Source: Paraspadella gotoi (lineage: Eukaryota; Animalia; Chaetognatha). Taken from it: DNA of 13,490 bases. A program made the position numbers and the translations under genes. The DNA is taken from positions 22,630 through 36,119 of the forward strand of contig JBJCIZ010000337.1 of assembly GCA_051294375.1 (NCBI GenBank). The letters are read 5' to 3'. Shown one piece after another: positions 8,253-13,490 of this stretch (the first letter of the stretch is position 1; each line of letters opens with the position of its first letter). A model generated the notes under the pieces. The model saw only the letters and a program-made list of their open reading frames with translations, did not search any database and was not told where the DNA came from.

Positions 8253-9276
8253 CATCTTGCATTTACATTTAATTATAAAAGAGAAAAAAAAAAAGCATAT
8301 TCAATTAGTGAAACAGGTTTTTTTGCTTTTTTCTATTTAAACTCATTTCCACTCAAGATTCCACGAAACTTGAATTCCAGCTTAATCACACACTTCGCTT
8401 ACCCAAATTAAACGATGAGGAGGAGGGGTTCAGCCTTAGGCATCGTCATCCTCCCCTTTTCCTCATCCTCTTCTCCGTCGAGCTCTGCGGGTTTTCGGGG
8501 TATCAGTTTTCGTTTTCAGAAAATATTCCCACTTCACTTATTCCCTCTCTCTTAGTCAGACGTACCACTTGCTGTTATAGTTTTTGGCCTTTTTTTCTCC
8601 TTTTCAATAAAACGCCTTTTTCCTTACTCCAAATATTATTTTCGTCAGAGACATGATTTTAGGGATAAAATGTTCAGGTTAATCGCCCCATCAAATCATG
8701 AGCTAATTGGTGTTCAAATAGTGAAATTAATTTTTTCTTTTTTTTCCATTAAACTCTTTTCTACTGGGACGATTCCATCGAACTTCTATCAGTCAATCAC
8801 ACTTCCCTACCCACACACAAAATCACCATATCCACCATCAATCACGAGTAATTTGGAGTTTTTTGCTAAGGCAGGGACGGAACGGATGGACGCATGATAT
8901 CGTTTTTTTTGCATAATTTATATAATCAATTTCTGACATGATTTAAGGTTAATGCCCGACAGTTGGTGGCTGGACGACATAAGTGAATTATAGATTCGGG
9001 ATCTGCTGATAAGATTAAAAAAAAAGAGAGGAAATGAGAGAGAGAGAGAGAGAGTTTCCCCCAACGAGACGCATTATAGGTCACTCTCGTTTATATCGGT
9101 TATCCGTTGCCTCGCAACGGCGCGTGATCTAGGTCAAGTTGATTTTTTATACATGTAACGTGTACGCCGTGGGAAATTTCATGTTGATTTTTTTATGGAC
9201 GTAACGGTTTTCGGAAACCGTTATTAAGGTCATGTTCCTAGACATGTGTTTAACTCGTTGACCCCGCAACGGCCAC

Positions 9277-10000
9277 AAAAAAGCGCGGAATAAATTGGCG
9301 ATAATAAAAGTTTTTTAGAAGGAAACAAATAATCAGAGAGAGGATAGAGGGAGAAAGCTGAACAGCAACTGGACCGCCGCTGCAGAGCTGAATTTGTTTT
9401 TTTCGAGGAATCTGAATAGGGTCGAACTCTTTTCCTTTCAATAAATAAACATTAAAAAAATAAATATTTGGGTATGAAGCCATATAAAAATTTTATAGTA
9501 TACATTGAAGAATATAACTTAAAATGCAATAATTTTTGTTTGAGCATGTTTCCTATTACTAAATATTTTAGATCCCACGATTGAGGGAGCTTACCCACTA
9601 TTCAGAAAGAAAAGAGAAGAAAAGAGGAGCGACATATAATTAAAAGAGAAGATAAGAGAGAAGCCTTACAGCCGCTGGAATCAGAAGCAAGCAGCGACGA
9701 GAGAAAAAAAAGAAGACGAGGAGAGCGACATATTATTAAGAGAAGAGAGAGAAGCTCAACCAACCCTTTTACTCGTCAAAATAGTAAGTCAAAATGTACC
9801 TATCGGCGCCCGAGGTAGCTGTGAACTCCTCCCAATATGAAGCGACTCGGGTTAACGCGTCGTGGTATTCATACATGAGAAGTGGAATAAACAAGAAAAA
9901 AAAAGGGAGAAAGAACGGATTGCGTGGAACATGCTGACCGGCGTCGTCTTCAATATTTGATGAGCCTACAATTATATTATAAATTTTTTTTGTTAAAAAA
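9277..10000 (+). repeat. Diverged direct repeat, copy 2 (with internal duplication and insertions)
   Basis: Same blocks as copy 1 in the same order. The gaggagcgacatataattaaaagagagagaagc subunit occurs twice (about 9620-9675 and 9715-9765). Confidence 0.85.
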
Positions 10001-11214
10001 AAAAAAAAAAAGAGACGAGAGAGCAAAGAAGTTAAACGACGTGCCACGACGCTGCCAGAGCCAGAATCGTTTTTAACAAATCAGAAGAAGCCCATGATGA
10101 GAAAAAGAGAGAGAGAGAGGAACTATAATTAAAAGAAAGAGAGAGGAAAGAGACATAATTAAAAGTTTTTGTTTTGTAAATAAAACATAAACAAATAGGA
10201 ATATTTGATATGAAACATTTGAGAATTTTTAAAGATCTGATGATTAGAAGCCATATATAAATTCTTAACTCCCTTATGATATCATACTTTTACAAGCCAT
10301 GATTGCAAAAAAGCGTACGCAGATGACGACGACGGACGAGACGACGAATGCCTTTCAAGTCAAGTCAAGAAGAACGACTGACGACCACGGCACAAAGAAG
10401 CAAAGCGAATTATTATAGAGACAGGACCGGCGTTCGCCCCGGTCTGTTCTCGATAAAAAGGCACTAGATATATTGCATGTTGATTGAACAATGTTATCGC
10501 AATAATAATTTTTATCAATTTTATTGTATTTTGTAAGTAATTTTTATTCAGTAAAATAAAATAACAACTTTTTTATTCGCTATTTTCTATCTTGGACGCT
10601 TAACGCCAGACTTCCCTAGTAATTGGTTGGGAGGAGAGAGAGAAAAGTTTCCAACACAGAGAGAGGAGAGAAGCAGAGAGAGGAGACAAGAGAGAGAGAG
10701 AGAAAGAGAGCAGAGAGAATGTTTCCAACACAGACTTTAGAAAAGACAGGTTAATGTAATTTTTTCAAACTACAATATATGTATAAGACAATAACAATGT
10801 TAAAATAGCTATATTGCTTACATTACCGGAAACCTAGAATGTCGTAAGTCTGTACATTGTATTAACTTTTACATTTATAGGCATAAATGGCTTTAGGATT
10901 TTATAGGAAGTTATCTAGATGTTTGGCTATTGCCATTTTAGCAATTTTTCAAATAAATAATCCTAAACCATTTAAAATTGGGTCAAATTTAAAAAAAAAA
11001 ACTTGCATAGCTCATAATATATTTTGAAATTTGTTCTTAAAATTTTTGCTAACTTGTACTTAGCCATGACGCCCTCGCATTTTTGGCGATTAAGCTTGTG
11101 AACTACATCTCGGCGTTCTTAGTTATGGCGATTTCTCCGTCCAAACTAAACTACACAAATATGGAGATAAAAAAATATAAAAAGAGAGTATAGGTATGAG
11201 TTCAGAAGAGAATA

Positions 11215-11960
11215 CTTAGGGATTTTGAGTGGTAGTACAGTTAGGGTTGAGGTTATTGAGTTTAGATTTAGGTGTTAGGGATAATTGGTAGTTAGGTTGG
11301 GTTGGATATAGATTGATTATATTTAGGCTTATTTATAGTCATTTTACGGGATAGGTAGGAGGTGTGTTGTTAATGACCGAGGCCCCTGAATAGAGATATA
11401 AAAGCTTAGGAATGTCTGGCGGGACCATTAGGGTTGGAGATGAGGCACGGAGATGTACCGGCCTGGGCCGGTATTAGGGTTAGGGTTGGGAGAAGGCCCG
11501 TAGAGAGTTATATATATCAAAGACTATAGAGAGTAGGGTTGAAGGTCGAGAGATAGATACGAGAGGAGAGCAGGCAACTAGGTGTTAGAAGAAGATAAAG
11601 AGAAAGAGAAGCATGGAGTTGAACGGGAGCTGGTTGGTTGAGGGAGGGACCCCATGGTTGATGCATCAGCGGTTAGGAGAATATAGGTTTGACGGTCGGG
11701 AATGATACGGAGGCCTAGAGGTTAGGGTTAGCGGGAGAGGCATGGGTTGCGGAGAGGCTTGAGTTATAGTAGAGGTAGGATTGGGGGAGGGACCTGTTAG
11801 ATAGACTCGGAGCGGTTAGGGTTAGGGTTGAGGCACGAGAGATGACGCGAGGCCGGGCCTGGTTAGGGTTTAGGGAGAGCACAGAGTTTAGGAGGATAAT
11901 AGAGTTGGATTAGGTATGGGGGGGACCCGTAGTTGATGACAAAAAGTGAAGTTAGGAGAT
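11215..11960 (+). repeat. Degenerate TTAGGG-rich, telomere-like or subtelomere-like repeat block
   Basis: Many TTAGGG/TTAGG words, including ttagggttagggtt near 11475 and 11817, on a strongly G-rich, C-poor plus strand, interleaved with recurring larger motifs. Confidence 0.6.
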
Positions 11961-12019
11961 TAGAGGATATAGGAGATGATGATAATGAGAAGGCCAGGTC
12001 CGGAAAGAATATGGAGTAT

Positions 12020-12820
12020 AGAGAGAAAAAGAAAAAAAGAAGAGAGAGAGGCACAGAGACGGAAGAACGGAAGGGTTTGAGAAATAAATATAAAAGAAAA
12101 GATAAAGAAAAAAATAGAGTTAGAATGAAAAAAAAAAAAAAAAAGAAAAAAAAAAAAAAAAAAACGAAGAAAAAGGAAGGAGAACACATAAAGAAAAAAA
12201 GGATAAGAAAAATAAACTCACACGTAGAATAGAGAACTAGACGAAACAGAACTTAATAATCAGAATAAAATAAAATATTAACGACATATATAAACTTATA
12301 ATAATCACATGAACAGACTGGAATACAGCACAAAAAAAAGATAAAAAAAAAAAATAGGACAGTAAAAAAAAAAAGAAAATAGAAAAGAAAGAAACTGAGA
12401 AAAGGTGGAAACATCACAAGAAAAGAAAACAATAAAACTAGACAACGAAAAAATCATAACGCGACATGAGAGAAAAAAAAAGTCAGACAAATAAACGATA
12501 AAAAACTAGACACCAACCAAACACTAAAAAAAGACGAACAAAAATTAAATAAAGAAAAAAATAAATAAAAAAAAAAAAAATAAAAAAAAAAAGATAGCAA
12601 GAAAAAAAAAAAAAAGAAAAGACACAAAAAAAAAAAAAAAAAAAGTGAAAAAAAAAACACGGCGACATACAACTAACTTTAGAAAAAAATGAAAACCTAA
12701 CAACTAAATAAAAACAACGAGCAACCAAAAAACAAAAAAAAAGAAAGTGAAGAAAAATAAAATACATCGAGCATAATGAGATTGAGATAGAGAGTGGGAA
12801 GAAATAGATACAGAATAATA

Positions 12821-12859
<39 letters not shown>

Positions 12860-12938
12860 CAAAATAAAAAAAAAAAAAGCGGAGAAAAAAAAAAAAGAAA
12901 AGAGAAAAATAAGAAAAAAAAAGAAAAAGATAAAGGAG

Positions 12939-12999
<61 letters not shown>

Positions 13000-13490
13000 A
13001 AAAAAAAAAAGAAAAAAAAAAAAAAAAGAGAGAGCACAGGAAACTGAGGATATAAGTAATAAGAGAAAAGAAAAAGAAAAAAAAAAAAAAAATAAAAAAT
13101 AAAGAGAAGAAAAAAACAAAAAAGAAAAGATAAAAAAATAAAAAAAAATAAAAATAAAAAAAAAAAAAAGAAAGAAGAAGAGAGAACAAAAAAAAAAAGT
13201 AAAGATGAGTATAGCAGAAGAGCAGATATAAAAAAATAAGAGAATAAGAAAAAATGAGAGTATAAGGAAAAAGAAGGGCCACCAGATAGAAAAAAAAAAG
13301 ATGATGAACGGAAAAAAGAGCAAAGAAGCAAAAAGAAAAAAAGAAGAACAAAAAGTAAAAAAAAAAAAAAAAACAAAAAATAAAGAGAAGAAAAAAGTTA
13401 ATAGACAGAAGAAAAAAGAATATGAAAGAGACAAACAGAAGAGAATGATAACCTGAGAAGAGAACTAAGAAGAAAGTATAGAGGGAGAGA
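12020..13490. other. A-rich low-complexity tract, probably low-quality read sequence
   Basis: Dominated by A with scattered G, including an A run of about 59 nt (12939-12997). All ORFs here are poly-Phe or poly-Lys. Confidence 0.85.

Noticed and set aside
6103-10047. Short hydrophobic ORFs as a possible env or accessory gene
   Set aside because: They overlap T-rich or microsatellite tracts, lie upstream of gag rather than after integrase and show no domain signal.
11863-13434. Long Phe-rich (minus) and Lys-rich (plus) ORFs up to 297 aa
   Set aside because: They are translations of poly-A/poly-T low-complexity sequence with no domain signal.

Overview
Eukaryotic, probably metazoan, repetitive DNA from a partly unpolished long-read assembly; no host gene is recognisable. 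The left half holds a minus-strand Ty3/Gypsy LTR retrotransposon with CsRn1/Kabuki-like features. In element order: candidate 5' LTR (about 6702-7419), a primer-binding site formed by an unusually long (38 nt) copy of a mature tRNA-Leu 3' end (6664-6701), gag (6091-4943, continuing past an in-frame TGA to a CHCC-type knuckle), a G GGA AAC slippery site plus GC hairpin, a heavily frameshifted pol (protease, RT, RNase H; about 4790-2655) and a clean integrase core (337-2) that runs off the window. Pol is broken at about 2655 by about 1.5 kb of AT-rich DNA, and 364-950 is an insertion-riddled second copy of the same pol segment beside a 25-N gap, most likely an assembly artefact. The right half is non-coding: minisatellites, a diverged direct repeat of about 600-700 nt, hairpin clusters, a degenerate TTAGGG-rich block and about 1.5 kb of A-rich low-quality sequence. 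Most ORFs in the supplied track are shadows or low-complexity artefacts. All alignments and translations were done by eye.
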